Positions 29,381 through 38,942 of a stretch of 56,337 nucleotides of DNA are shown here, one piece after another. The stretch's first letter is position 1; the number at the start of each line of letters is the position of its first letter. Where the stretch lies: contig JAHJUI010000001.1 in assembly GCA_018829185.1 (NCBI GenBank), forward strand, positions 1-56,337, read 5' to 3'. Both the position numbers and the translations under genes were made by a program. The DNA comes from Nanobdellota archaeon. GTDB taxonomy: Archaea; Nanobdellota; Nanobdellia; SCGC-AAA011-G17; PNOQ01. The notes beneath the pieces are model-generated. The model ran no database searches. It was not told the origin of the DNA and saw only the letters and a program-made list of their open reading frames with translations.

Positions 29381-30083
29381 AAAAATAAAACCTTTTGAAA
29401 AAGAAATCAAAAATAGTCTTGATGAAGCTATTGATTATATCAAAGAACCCAAACACATCAAAATATTAAAAATTTTAGTTGTTTTAATTGTAATAGGGCT
29501 CCTAGGATTTCTTATTTATAATAACATTCTAATAAGCAAAGAATTTAATTATTTTTATGATATTGGGGGGGAAAGAGATACTAAAAAGCCTTATTTGATT
29601 CCCGCAAAAAGAGTTTCCGATATAATTGTTGAAGAGGGGGTTAATTATAGAAACTTGACAGGACATTTAGTTTATTTTGATGTTCTAGTAAGTAGGGGTG
29701 CTGAGAATATAAATATAGAAGCCAGATATAAAGAAAATTTTCCAGAAAAAGCTAAATTTTACATCGGGGCGAGAGATAGAGAAGAGTGGCATTATAAAAA
29801 TAGTAAAATTTATGATTCTAGAGAATATAATCAAACTGGAGACTGGTCAATAGCAAAAACAGGGTTTAGTATAGAAGAAGACAATATTTCCATTATGAGG
29901 GGTAAATTAATTTTAGCTTTTAATATTCCTTATTTAGATCAAAACGAAACAGAATATGCAAACTACATAAATAATTATATTCCAATAGATTACATCAACC
30001 TTACAATATATAAGCCAGGGATGATTGAAAGAATAAAGCGCGGAGAATCATTTTTAGAGGCATTAAAAGGAGTTATGAATTAA
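29361..30083 (+). CDS. Membrane-anchored hypothetical protein
   Basis: Single N-proximal TM; operonic overlap. Confidence 0.65.
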   Translation: MNTKRNKKIKPFEKEIKNSLDEAIDYIKEPKHIKILKILVVLIVIGLLGFLIYNNILISKEFNYFYDIGGERDTKKPYLIPAKRVSDIIVEEGVNYRNLTGHLVYFDVLVSRGAENINIEARYKENFPEKAKFYIGARDREEWHYKNSKIYDSREYNQTGDWSIAKTGFSIEEDNISIMRGKLILAFNIPYLDQNETEYANYINNYIPIDYINLTIYKPGMIERIKRGESFLEALKGVMN

Positions 30084-30084
30084 G

Positions 30085-30474
30085 ATGAAACTATTATTTA
30101 AATCACATAACGCATCACTTGTAAGCCATGCATTTCAAACAATTTTGGTTACATATTTAATTCTATTCTTAATAGAACAAACCTGGGCAGGATTCGTTTC
30201 AACATACTTAAATTTAAACTATTTACTTATAGCAGTAATTATCCTAGGAATTCTAGACCTCTTTTCAGAGCATCCAAAACAGAAAAAACAAAAAACAACA
30301 AAAAAAGATTATATTTTAATAAGTTTACTAGGAATCATAAGTTTTGCAATAATAAAATACAAAACAATTGATTTAGGTTGGCTAAGTTGGACAATCTCAA
30401 TCATAGCAGGAATATTAATCATATTATTAAGTTTATTAATATTAGAAGAAGATGAAACAAACAATACAAAATAG
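30085..30474 (+). CDS. Four-TM hypothetical protein
   Basis: Hydrophobic 129-aa ORF in operon. Confidence 0.65.
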   Translation: MKLLFKSHNASLVSHAFQTILVTYLILFLIEQTWAGFVSTYLNLNYLLIAVIILGILDLFSEHPKQKKQKTTKKDYILISLLGIISFAIIKYKTIDLGWLSWTISIIAGILIILLSLLILEEDETNNTK

Positions 30475-32020
30475 TTTTTACCAACTATTAACAATATACA
30501 CAATTTTAGTTCTATTAATTAGTTTAAACTTATTTTGGAAATATTCCTTACAAATGAGTATATTTGCAATAATAGTAGCAATTTTAGGAATATCAACAAT
30601 AACTAAAGAAAAACCTTCTAAACCTAAAAAAATACATATTTGGTTATTCATCCTGGCAATAATAACGACAATAGCACTAAGAGTAATACCTTACCTAAAA
30701 AACCAAATTCCATTAGGATATGATGCAGGAATTTACAAATATGCAATTGAAAGCGGATTAAGCAATGCAGACAAGTGGATAGTTACTCAAGTAACAATGG
30801 AACCATTCTTTTTATACCTGATGGAACCACTAAAATTATTCTTTTCATCACAAACACTTCTAACTTACGGATTCATTGCTTTCTGCCTAATCTTAGGATT
30901 AGCAATATATTTAACAACAAAAGAATATTTCAACAAAACCACAGCAATAATAGCCTTCCTAATCTATTCAGTATCAATTATCCAATTTCTAACATTTAAT
31001 TACATGTACTACAGAAATGTAATAGGATTAACATTAGCATTATTTTCAATTTATTTTTTAAAGAAATCAGAAAACAATCCAAAATTAATTTACCTATTCA
31101 TCTTGCTAGGAGCATTAACAGGAGCAACACACAGACCAACTTTCTACATTTTTGGCTTAAGCTATTTAGCTTATGCCTTAACATCACCATATAAAGATAA
31201 ATACAATTTCAATATATTAAAAAAGAATATAATAAACGGAATCCTAATACTAGTAATAACATCATTATTCTACCTAGGAAGATTTAAAGAAGCAATTTTC
31301 TCAATTTTACCTTCTGTTTTTCAAGGTTTCATACAAACAGGACAATCACCAGGAACATTCATAAACTTCCTAACATACCAATACTCAACATTAGCATACT
31401 TACCATTTGCATTATTAGGATTATTCACATTAATAAAAAACAAAAAACTAAATATTCTTTTCTTCTGGACAATAATAACAGCAATAATAGTATACTTCCA
31501 ATTTTTCTTCTATAACAGATTCATAATACATCTAGACATAGCATTAATTATACTAGCAGCATACGGATTCTCAATAATAATAAAACACAAAAAGAAACTA
31601 GGAATAATAATATTAATCCTAATGCTCTTCTCAGCAGCTTTCGTAACATTTAACGAAGCAACACACACATACCCAGAAATAAAAGAAGAACTACAAACAA
31701 TAGAATACCTAAACAATACAGAAGAAAACGCATATGTAATGGCCACATCATCAATATACTCACTATGGGTCCTAGGATACAGTAATAGAAAGACAATCGC
31801 TCCAGGCTTATTTGATTACAATCAACACAATGAAGCACAATGGAATACGTTCTGGACAACAACTAACATAAACGAAATAAAGACATTCCTAGACGTTTAC
31901 GAAAAACCATTATACATTTTCATAGGTCAAAAACAAAAAGACAACCTAGCTCAATTTAATACTTGTTTTGAAATCTACAAGAAAGATTTAAATAATAAGA
32001 TTTACAAATATACATGTTGA
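30452..32020 (+). CDS. GT-C fold membrane glycosyltransferase-like protein
   Basis: LRxxP...PLGYDAGIY loop, many TMs, extracellular C-terminus. Confidence 0.7.
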   Translation: MKQTIQNSFYQLLTIYTILVLLISLNLFWKYSLQMSIFAIIVAILGISTITKEKPSKPKKIHIWLFILAIITTIALRVIPYLKNQIPLGYDAGIYKYAIESGLSNADKWIVTQVTMEPFFLYLMEPLKLFFSSQTLLTYGFIAFCLILGLAIYLTTKEYFNKTTAIIAFLIYSVSIIQFLTFNYMYYRNVIGLTLALFSIYFLKKSENNPKLIYLFILLGALTGATHRPTFYIFGLSYLAYALTSPYKDKYNFNILKKNIINGILILVITSLFYLGRFKEAIFSILPSVFQGFIQTGQSPGTFINFLTYQYSTLAYLPFALLGLFTLIKNKKLNILFFWTIITAIIVYFQFFFYNRFIIHLDIALIILAAYGFSIIIKHKKKLGIIILILMLFSAAFVTFNEATHTYPEIKEELQTIEYLNNTEENAYVMATSSIYSLWVLGYSNRKTIAPGLFDYNQHNEAQWNTFWTTTNINEIKTFLDVYEKPLYIFIGQKQKDNLAQFNTCFEIYKKDLNNKIYKYTC

Positions 32021-32493
32021 AAATGAAGAAAAAAGCAAAGAAAGTCAAGAAAAGAGTAGCTAAAAAATCAGCTAAGAAAAAGGTAATTAAAAAACCAAAG
32101 AAAGAAAATAAAAAGAATTACATAAAAGGAATTATAATAGCAATCCTAACCTTAATAATTATCTCATTAGCAATAGGTTTCTTTACAACTTTAAACTACC
32201 TAGAAGCATTTAGAATAATCTTTGGATCAGTTTACGTTCTTTTCCTTCCAGGATTTATATTCACATATGTATTCTTCCCAAAAACAAGAGAAACTAAAGA
32301 AAAAGGCTCAATAGATTGGATTGAAAGAATAGCATTAAGCTTCGCATTATCAATTGCAGTTGTTCCATTAATAATATTCTACTTAAACTTAGCAGGAATA
32401 CCAATAAACACTTTAAACTCTTTCTTAACAATACTGGGAATAATAATTATTTTAGTAATAACTTTAAGAATAATTAATCGCTCATCTCGTTGA
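32014..32493 (+). CDS. DUF1616-type membrane protein
   Basis: LFLPGF...FP...IDWIERIALSFALSIAVVP. Confidence 0.8.
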   Translation: MLKMKKKAKKVKKRVAKKSAKKKVIKKPKKENKKNYIKGIIIAILTLIIISLAIGFFTTLNYLEAFRIIFGSVYVLFLPGFIFTYVFFPKTRETKEKGSIDWIERIALSFALSIAVVPLIIFYLNLAGIPINTLNSFLTILGIIIILVITLRIINRSSR

Positions 32494-32504
32494 TAGTCTC
32501 GCAA

Positions 32505-33869
32505 TCATTTTAGTTTAACATCTTTTTGCACTTCAATTAAAACATAATATCCCATCTTATCAGAACCTATTCTTTTAATTATTTTTTCTTTCATTAGTTT
32601 GGTTAAATCTCTCTTTAATGTTCCTAAGGGGGTTTTCAAATTATTAACCAACTCTTCTCTTTTTGCATTATTATGAATTTTGATGTAATTTACAATTAGT
32701 GTTTGCCTTTTTTCAGATTCACTTACTGGCTCACTTACTGGCTCACTTACTGGCTCACTTACTGGCTCACTTACTGGCTCACTTTTTATTATTACGAAAA
32801 AATCTTTTTCAGTTAATTTAAACTCCACACTATTTTTATTTTGTTCACAACTTTCTTTTATTCTTTTAATCCCAGTACCAACTCTTTCCATAAAAACAGT
32901 CCTAGACAGTAAATCTGCAATTAATCTGTTTCTTAACCTACTTCTTGTTCCAAATTCTTTTTTAGAAACTAATGAATTTCCAGGATTATTAATTATTAAT
33001 TCATCTTTTAATTTTTCAATAGCAACCTCGCCATTATCAAAATAATCTCTGTGGACAACTGCATTAACAATTGCTTCTCTATAAGCTTTTTCAGGGAACT
33101 GAGGATATTCTTTTCTTTTACTCCCAATTATTTCAAATCTAACTGGAACACATTCATTAAGATATTGTATGGCAAATTCTATGTTCCCAACAATTCCCCT
33201 ATCAACTTCTTTTTTATCAAGTATGTCAATTCGTTTATTTCCTTTAAACCTAACACATCTTATTTTAGAATTTCCTATGTATTTGTATGGCTCTTTTGCA
33301 AAAAATAAAACTCCTGCATTAGTCATCCCTTTTTTAGTTAATAACTTTAAATTTTTTAGAATATCTTTTTTGTCTAAATTATTTGAAATTCTCGCAAGTT
33401 TTAAATAATAATTAAATTTCTCATCATCAAAATCTTCAAATTTAAAATCAGAGCAAATTTGCTCATCAAATCTAATTTTACCTGATTTTATGCTTAAATC
33501 AATTATTTGGTTTCTGTTCATTTTCTGAGAATTTGCATTCATTCTCATGTAAAAACCATCTGAGCAAGAATAAGGTTTATCTTTGCCTTCGGCAATATCA
33601 ATTATTAATATTTTTTCAAATGATTTTAATTTAATAATTATAGAAGGGTCGCAGTTTCTCGCGATATCCTGAATTTGTGATTTAAGTTTATTTGTTAAGT
33701 TTATTCCTTTGATATTATTTTTGTCATTTATTCCCAAAAAGATTTTTCCTCCGCTAGCATTGGCAAAAGCAACAATCTCTTGAGCAATCTTTTTGTCTAA
33801 ATTTTCTTTAAACTCAATAAATTGTCCCTCTCCTTCTTGCAATACAAATCTTAATTCTTTTTTATCCAT
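32505..33869 (-). CDS. Schlafen/AlbA_2 + HATPase-like + wHTH protein
   Basis: GEGQFIEFK, AFANASGG, REAIVNAVVHRDY, ERVGTGI, RIGSDKMGYY. Confidence 0.88.
   Translation of the reverse strand: MDKKELRFVLQEGEGQFIEFKENLDKKIAQEIVAFANASGGKIFLGINDKNNIKGINLTNKLKSQIQDIARNCDPSIIIKLKSFEKILIIDIAEGKDKPYSCSDGFYMRMNANSQKMNRNQIIDLSIKSGKIRFDEQICSDFKFEDFDDEKFNYYLKLARISNNLDKKDILKNLKLLTKKGMTNAGVLFFAKEPYKYIGNSKIRCVRFKGNKRIDILDKKEVDRGIVGNIEFAIQYLNECVPVRFEIIGSKRKEYPQFPEKAYREAIVNAVVHRDYFDNGEVAIEKLKDELIINNPGNSLVSKKEFGTRSRLRNRLIADLLSRTVFMERVGTGIKRIKESCEQNKNSVEFKLTEKDFFVIIKSEPVSEPVSEPVSEPVSEPVSESEKRQTLIVNYIKIHNNAKREELVNNLKTPLGTLKRDLTKLMKEKIIKRIGSDKMGYYVLIEVQKDVKLK
32719..32784. repeat. 12-bp tandem repeat (5.5 units) encoding SEPV
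   Basis: (TCACTTACTGGC)x5 + TCACTT. Confidence 0.97.
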
Positions 33870-34118
33870 ATTCTACATTATATCTGGCCATATTTGGCCA
33901 ATGTTGGCCATTCTTTTCTTACTTAAAGTTTGAATAATATCTTCCATTTTTATTCACTTGTTAATGTTTCAATAAATTATTTAATTGAACTATAAATTCA
34001 TATATGGACTAAGTAACATATAAATCTTTTGATTGAAGAATTTGATAAAGCATCTTATATTAATTCATTAATAAACATATAAAGCAAATCCCCTAAAGAG
34101 AGTAAAAATAAAGAAACA

Positions 34119-35696
34119 TTAATTTTTCTTTTTAATTCTTTTTTTTCTATAAAATACAAAGTAAAACAATAAACCTAAGATTACAATTAAACCAACAACA
34201 GTTAGAGCTGTTGAAGTATTAGTACCAAACAACCCATCCATTATTGCTGCACCTGTAATTCCTTCAAAACCAGTATCTGGAGTAGCTTCTTGTGCAGTTA
34301 TTTCTTCTATAACCTCTTCAGTTTCTTCTTCAACTAAGGCTTCTTCCTCAACTAAAGGTTCTTTAGTATCATTAATTCTCCCGCCAGAAGTAAATCTTGA
34401 ACTTCCGCCACCGGTAGTTACTGCTGCAGGCAATACTTCAGCACAACCATCTATATTGCTCCAATCACTCCAAGCTCCAGTAGGAGGACATACACATCTG
34501 TTTCCTTCCCAAACTCCATTAGTATTTTCACAAAGAGTAATAGGTGCAATTACACATTCCCCCGTAGGAATTAAGCAAACTTCATCATTTTCAATATCAC
34601 AATCTGAATCTTGATTACATTCACCACACCCCACATTTCCATTCCAAACAGTTAAGTCTGGACATTCACAATGAGCATGATCTGTAGGAGTATTTGCTCC
34701 CATCCAAATTCCATTTGTATTCAAACAAAGTTGTTCATCATTTACATTTCTACCTTCTAAAACAGCAAATTCTGTAAAATGAGTTATTTCAAAAGTTAAA
34801 GTGTTTGCAACTGTATCAACAATGGTTGGAATTTCAATCCAAGAGCTACCATCATGATAAGAAACATAAAGATTATTTTCATCTGCATTAGCAACAAGTA
34901 ATTCTTCCCTAGTGTAAGGCAAAGTAATTGTAATTGCCGGATCAAAAATAGTCCCATCAGCCCCAAAATCAAAAGTCTTTCCTACTAATTTTACATTTCC
35001 AACCTCAGGACTAACTGTTGGTTGTACTAATTGTCCTGTAATTGAGGTAACTCCTCCAGGAACATTTGGAATATCTAAAATAGCACTACTATAATCTATT
35101 GAAGCAGGAGTTCCAGATACAACACTAAATGACTTTTCATAAGATGTAAAATCAAAAGTTGTTGAACCTTCGAAATAAACATAACCATTGGATGGCTCAC
35201 CAAAAACAGTAGCTTTAACATTTACTGTTTTTTCAACAAAGAATCCTGGAAGTTTTGAAGCATCTATAGTTAAACTGTAAGTTATTGTTCCTGGACCACT
35301 ATCTGACCCATATCCATAACCATATCCAAAGTCCTGATAATCAGGATTACCAACTGACCCATATCCATATCCATAGCCATAACCACCATTTAAATTAGAA
35401 ATTTCAACTGAATTAACAGTTAAAAAACTACAATCATTTGTATTATCAGAATTAATCTTACAACTAAAATAATTTTCACCATCATTAAACATAAGATTTG
35501 TATAGTCTATTGGTAAAAACTCACCATCATTAACAGTAACTACAATCTCAAAGTCTTCTGTAGAATAATCAGAAAAATCAATATTATCCAAATCACCAAT
35601 ATTTACGCCAATAGCCTCTGCAGGCCCTAAAAACAATAGAATACTGATTACAAAAAAAGTTAACATAATACTAGTTAAATGTCTTTTTGCTTTCAT
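34119..35696 (-). CDS. Cell-surface protein with GYGYG repeats, Cys-rich modules and C-terminal TM
   Basis: Signal peptide, GYGYGYGYG, ITHFTEFAV domain end, Cys modules, ITGAAI-TM-RKKR. Confidence 0.85.
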   Translation of the reverse strand: MKAKRHLTSIMLTFFVISILLFLGPAEAIGVNIGDLDNIDFSDYSTEDFEIVVTVNDGEFLPIDYTNLMFNDGENYFSCKINSDNTNDCSFLTVNSVEISNLNGGYGYGYGYGSVGNPDYQDFGYGYGYGSDSGPGTITYSLTIDASKLPGFFVEKTVNVKATVFGEPSNGYVYFEGSTTFDFTSYEKSFSVVSGTPASIDYSSAILDIPNVPGGVTSITGQLVQPTVSPEVGNVKLVGKTFDFGADGTIFDPAITITLPYTREELLVANADENNLYVSYHDGSSWIEIPTIVDTVANTLTFEITHFTEFAVLEGRNVNDEQLCLNTNGIWMGANTPTDHAHCECPDLTVWNGNVGCGECNQDSDCDIENDEVCLIPTGECVIAPITLCENTNGVWEGNRCVCPPTGAWSDWSNIDGCAEVLPAAVTTGGGSSRFTSGGRINDTKEPLVEEEALVEEETEEVIEEITAQEATPDTGFEGITGAAIMDGLFGTNTSTALTVVGLIVILGLLFYFVFYRKKRIKKKN

Positions 35697-35862
35697 TTTG
35701 ATATGTCTATATATATATACATATATGCATTATCCCTCTTTTTATAAACTTTTCGGTGACAACACTTAGTAACAACATCTTTTGCATTACAAAACACCCA
35801 ATTTTCTTTTTTTGAGCAAAGCTCTAGAAAGACTTAAAAACAACAACCAATTCTACAAAAAA

Positions 35863-36183
35863 ATGCAAAAATCAATAGTAGAACTCTTCACAAGCGTAAC
35901 ATGTCCACATTGTCCTAGATCTATCCTTATGCTTAAAGAATTAGAAAGAGATGACATAGAACCAGTTTTCCATTCTGTAAACTCAAGCAATGGAAGAGAA
36001 AAAGCAGAAGAATATAAAATTCTCTCAGTACCAACATTCATAATAACAGGACCAAAAATAACAAATAAAATAGGATTAAAAAGTCCTTCATTAGAAAAAC
36101 TAAATGAGGCAATAGACATCTCACAAGGATTAAAAGAATTCCCTAAAAAAAGATCATTTTGGGATATATTTAAAAGAAAGTAA
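35863..36183 (+). CDS. Thioredoxin/glutaredoxin-like protein
   Basis: ELFTSVTCPHCP and SVPTF; start at ATG 35863. Confidence 0.88.
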   Translation: MQKSIVELFTSVTCPHCPRSILMLKELERDDIEPVFHSVNSSNGREKAEEYKILSVPTFIITGPKITNKIGLKSPSLEKLNEAIDISQGLKEFPKKRSFWDIFKRK

Positions 36184-36197
36184 TTCTAAATAAAAAC

Positions 36198-36338
36198 ATG
36201 GCAAAATGCTCATTATGCGGAAAAAGAATTGAAACAACTTTTCTAGGTAAAATTAGGGGAACTTTTTATAAGGGAAAACCAGTATGTCCAGAATGTCAAA
36301 AAACTGAATTAAATAAAAAAGTTGAAATTCCAAAATAA
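36198..36338 (+). CDS. 46-aa zinc-ribbon protein (not in ORF track)
   Basis: MAKCSLCGKRIETTFLGKIRGTFYKGKPVCPECQKTELNKKVEIPK*; two CxxC. Confidence 0.8.
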   Translation: MAKCSLCGKRIETTFLGKIRGTFYKGKPVCPECQKTELNKKVEIPK

Positions 36339-36354
36339 GCCCTTGTAGCTTAGT
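36339..36354 (+). pseudogene. Orphan tRNA 5' fragment (positions 1-16)
   Basis: GCCCTTG-TA-GCTT-AGT; 6 of 7 positions pair with CAGAGGC at 37507-37513 (one G-U pair, one C/A mismatch). Confidence 0.6.
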
Positions 36355-36397
36355 AAATAAGAAAAGTTTATAAGGAAAGAAGATAACCCCTTTTTAA

Positions 36398-36485
36398 GCC
36401 CTGATAGCTCAGGCAGTTAGAGCAGCAGATAAAAAAGCTGAATCTCGTAAACTGCAGGTCGAGGGTGCGAATCCCTCTCGGGGCT
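36398..36485 (+). tRNA. tRNA-Thr(CGT) with 14-nt non-canonical intron at 30/31 (36429-36442)
   Basis: Acceptor GCCCTGA/TCGGGGC; D-stem GCTC/GAGC; BHB GAG-CAGC-AG^A...GCTG-AA^T-CTC; spliced arm GCAGT-CTCGTAA-ACTGC; own TATA at ~36361-36373. Confidence 0.9.
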
Positions 36486-36495
36486 TTTTATTAAA

Positions 36496-37479
36496 ATGAC
36501 TAGAATCTATTTTAAAGAAGAAAAAGTAAGAAAAAAATTCTTTACAGATGTTTTAATCAATTCTAATTTCAAAACATGGAAAGAATTAAGAATTAATTTA
36601 AAGATTTCAAAAACCGCTTTAGAAAATTACAAAAATGGAAAATTAACTATACCTGGAGATTTTTATGAAAGTATTATTACCTTTTTACCTAAAAAATTAA
36701 AAGAAAGTTACAACACCCAAGTTTATTCAAAAAAAGACAACTGGGGGGCAATAGAAGGCGGAAAAAAAAATTATGAAAAAAACAAATGGATATTTGAGTT
36801 AGGTAGAAAAAAAGCATTGAAATCAATAAGAAAAATACACCAAATTTCTGATGCAGAAATAAACAAAAATTTCGAATTAGATTTTTATGAAGTTATAGGG
36901 GCATTTATTGGAGATGGATTTTTTAATAAATATGGGAGCTCTTACATTATTCAATTTGCGGGAGATTCAAGATATGATTTTGATTATTATAAAAATAAAA
37001 TTATCCCGGTGATATCTAGATTATTTGATAGAAAACCATTCATAAGGACAAAAGGAAACTGTATGTGGATTACATTTAATTCAAAAAAACTTTTTTATGT
37101 ACTAATAAAAAGATTTCATATGCCAAAAGGAAAAAAGGTTTACACTGTTAAAATCCCCGAGGAAATTTTAAAAGATAAGAATAAATTAATTTACACATTA
37201 AGGGGTATTTTTGATACAGATGGATGTATTTTTGTGGACAAAAGAAAAACTTACAAAAAACTTTATCCCAGAATAGCATTGCAATTAACTAATAAACCTA
37301 TTATAGAACAAATTTATCTTGCACTGAGCTCTTTAAATATAAAATGTGGTATATCAGAGAAAACAAGAGGTAACGCATATACAATCCAAATAAATGGTTT
37401 TAAAGAAGTAAAGAAATACATAGACACAATTGGTTTTTCAAACGAAAGACACCTTAATAGGATAAAACACTTTTCGTAA
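36496..37479 (+). CDS. Free-standing double-motif LAGLIDADG homing endonuclease
   Basis: EVIGAFIGDGFF and TLRGIFDTDGCI; C-terminal IGFSNERH; no intein splice residues. Confidence 0.92.
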   Translation: MTRIYFKEEKVRKKFFTDVLINSNFKTWKELRINLKISKTALENYKNGKLTIPGDFYESIITFLPKKLKESYNTQVYSKKDNWGAIEGGKKNYEKNKWIFELGRKKALKSIRKIHQISDAEINKNFELDFYEVIGAFIGDGFFNKYGSSYIIQFAGDSRYDFDYYKNKIIPVISRLFDRKPFIRTKGNCMWITFNSKKLFYVLIKRFHMPKGKKVYTVKIPEEILKDKNKLIYTLRGIFDTDGCIFVDKRKTYKKLYPRIALQLTNKPIIEQIYLALSSLNIKCGISEKTRGNAYTIQINGFKEVKKYIDTIGFSNERHLNRIKHFS

Positions 37480-37514
37480 AGTGGATATCCCAGGTTCGAA
37501 TCCTGGCAGAGGCT
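37474..37514 (+). pseudogene. Orphan 3' part of a tRNA-Thr(CGT) (positions 33-73)
   Basis: T-CGT-AA-AGTGG-ATATC-CCAGG-TTCGAAT-CCTGG-CAGAGGC-T; perfect T-arm. Confidence 0.85.
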
Positions 37515-37528
37515 TTATATAATAACCT

Positions 37529-37816
37529 TTAAAGAGCCATCCATAATGCATTGCGTTTTGCAACAATTCCATCAATTTCTTGGATATATAATCTTAAAGC
37601 TTCATCAGCTTCAATATCTCCCCCCAATCTTTCAGAATATCTTTCAGTTAATTTTGAAGTAAATCCCAAACTCTCCCCGCCTTCAGGGGTAAAAACACTT
37701 CCATCTACCATTCTTACTGGGCCTTCACTAACTAAAACCATTCTAAGTAAATCGTGTTTTGGGTTTATAGCCCTTAAATCTTTTTGTGCTTCTTTAACAG
37801 CTTTTACATAATTCAT
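37529..37816 (-). CDS. Hypothetical protein
   Basis: Start set at ATG 37816 (MNYVKAV) after GGAGG RBS. Confidence 0.65.
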   Translation of the reverse strand: MNYVKAVKEAQKDLRAINPKHDLLRMVLVSEGPVRMVDGSVFTPEGGESLGFTSKLTERYSERLGGDIEADEALRLYIQEIDGIVAKRNALWMAL

Positions 37817-37968
37817 TTTTGATCCTCCATTAAATCTTATTTTTAGTAATCTCCCAAATTTATAAATCTTTCTATTTGTAACCACTGCTAAGAAACAACA
37901 TAACCGAAACACTTATATACTATAGAATATAGGTTTTAACTACCTTAGTTAAGGGAGGGAAACAAAAA

Positions 37969-38865
37969 ATGAATAAAATATTAACAATATTAATGATTTT
38001 CATACTTTTAATAGTTCCACTTGCAGCTTTAGCTCAAATGGATTCAGAAGTTGAAAATCCAAATGAAACTGTTGAGGAACCAGTAGAAGAACTTCAAGAA
38101 GATGAAGCATGGTTCCCAGAAGAAGAAACTAGTGATGAAACTACTGAAGAAGAGGCTGAAGAAGAAGGAACTCAATGTACTGAAGGAATTGGCGCAATTG
38201 AGCCTTGTTATGCAGGATTTAGATTTGTTGAATGCGTAAACGGATATTGGAATGTACATGTACCTACAATAGGAAGTTGTAATGTAGAATGTATTGAAGA
38301 TTCAGATTGTTTAAGGGAACAAGTTTGTATGGAAGAAATCTATAAATGTGTAGTTGTTGAACAAGAAACTGAAGGACCTCAAAAGGAAAATCCAATTGAA
38401 GACGTACCTTTTTGGGATCCTACAAAAGAACAACTTTGTAAGGACACAGGCGGATCTTGGGTAATTGAAGTTACTACAGAAGACGTAGAAGAAGCTCATT
38501 GTGACTGTGGAGAAAATACTTGGAACAATGTTGAAGGATGTCAAGTTGTAGAAGATTCTAATGACAATGATGACAATGATAATGACAACGATAATGACAA
38601 TGGAAGTCACACTTCAGGTAGAGGGGCTATTAGAATTTACAGAGAACAAGAAGCTGAAGAAGAAACTCCAGTTGAAGAAGAAGCTACTGAAGAGGTTATA
38701 GAAGAAACAACTGAACAAAAAGGTTTCTTAAACCAAATTACAGGTTTTTTCGGAGCATACGGAGATAAAGTAAGTCAAGAAGCTAGTTACTTTTTATACC
38801 CACTTTTAGGTATTTTACTAGTTGGTTTAGTTATCTTTGGTGTTAGACAAGTTTCTTTACATTAA
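37969..38865 (+). CDS. Acidic Cys-rich surface protein with C-terminal TM
   Basis: Signal peptide, CxxDxDC, LCxxTGGxW module, (ND)n tract, ITGF-TM. Confidence 0.8.
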   Translation: MNKILTILMIFILLIVPLAALAQMDSEVENPNETVEEPVEELQEDEAWFPEEETSDETTEEEAEEEGTQCTEGIGAIEPCYAGFRFVECVNGYWNVHVPTIGSCNVECIEDSDCLREQVCMEEIYKCVVVEQETEGPQKENPIEDVPFWDPTKEQLCKDTGGSWVIEVTTEDVEEAHCDCGENTWNNVEGCQVVEDSNDNDDNDNDNDNDNGSHTSGRGAIRIYREQEAEEETPVEEEATEEVIEETTEQKGFLNQITGFFGAYGDKVSQEASYFLYPLLGILLVGLVIFGVRQVSLH

Positions 38866-38942
38866 ATTTTTTCTTTTTTTCTTTTTAATTAATTCTTAGA
38901 ATAAAAACTTTTATAAATCAACTCTTTCTCAGATTTTACTAT

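Noticed and set aside
33885-33910. Three TGGCCA palindromes upstream of the Schlafen-domain gene
   Set aside because: Short, and could be an operator or part of a 24-codon ORF remnant; cannot be distinguished from sequence alone.
36355-37473. One giant BHB intron containing a nested tRNA and the endonuclease
   Set aside because: Joining the stumps does not restore the D-stem 3' strand or an intact anticodon stem, and no BHB was found at the junctions; not fully excluded.
36496-37479. Intein
   Set aside because: The ORF is free-standing, with no host exteins and no N-terminal C/S or C-terminal HN splice motif.
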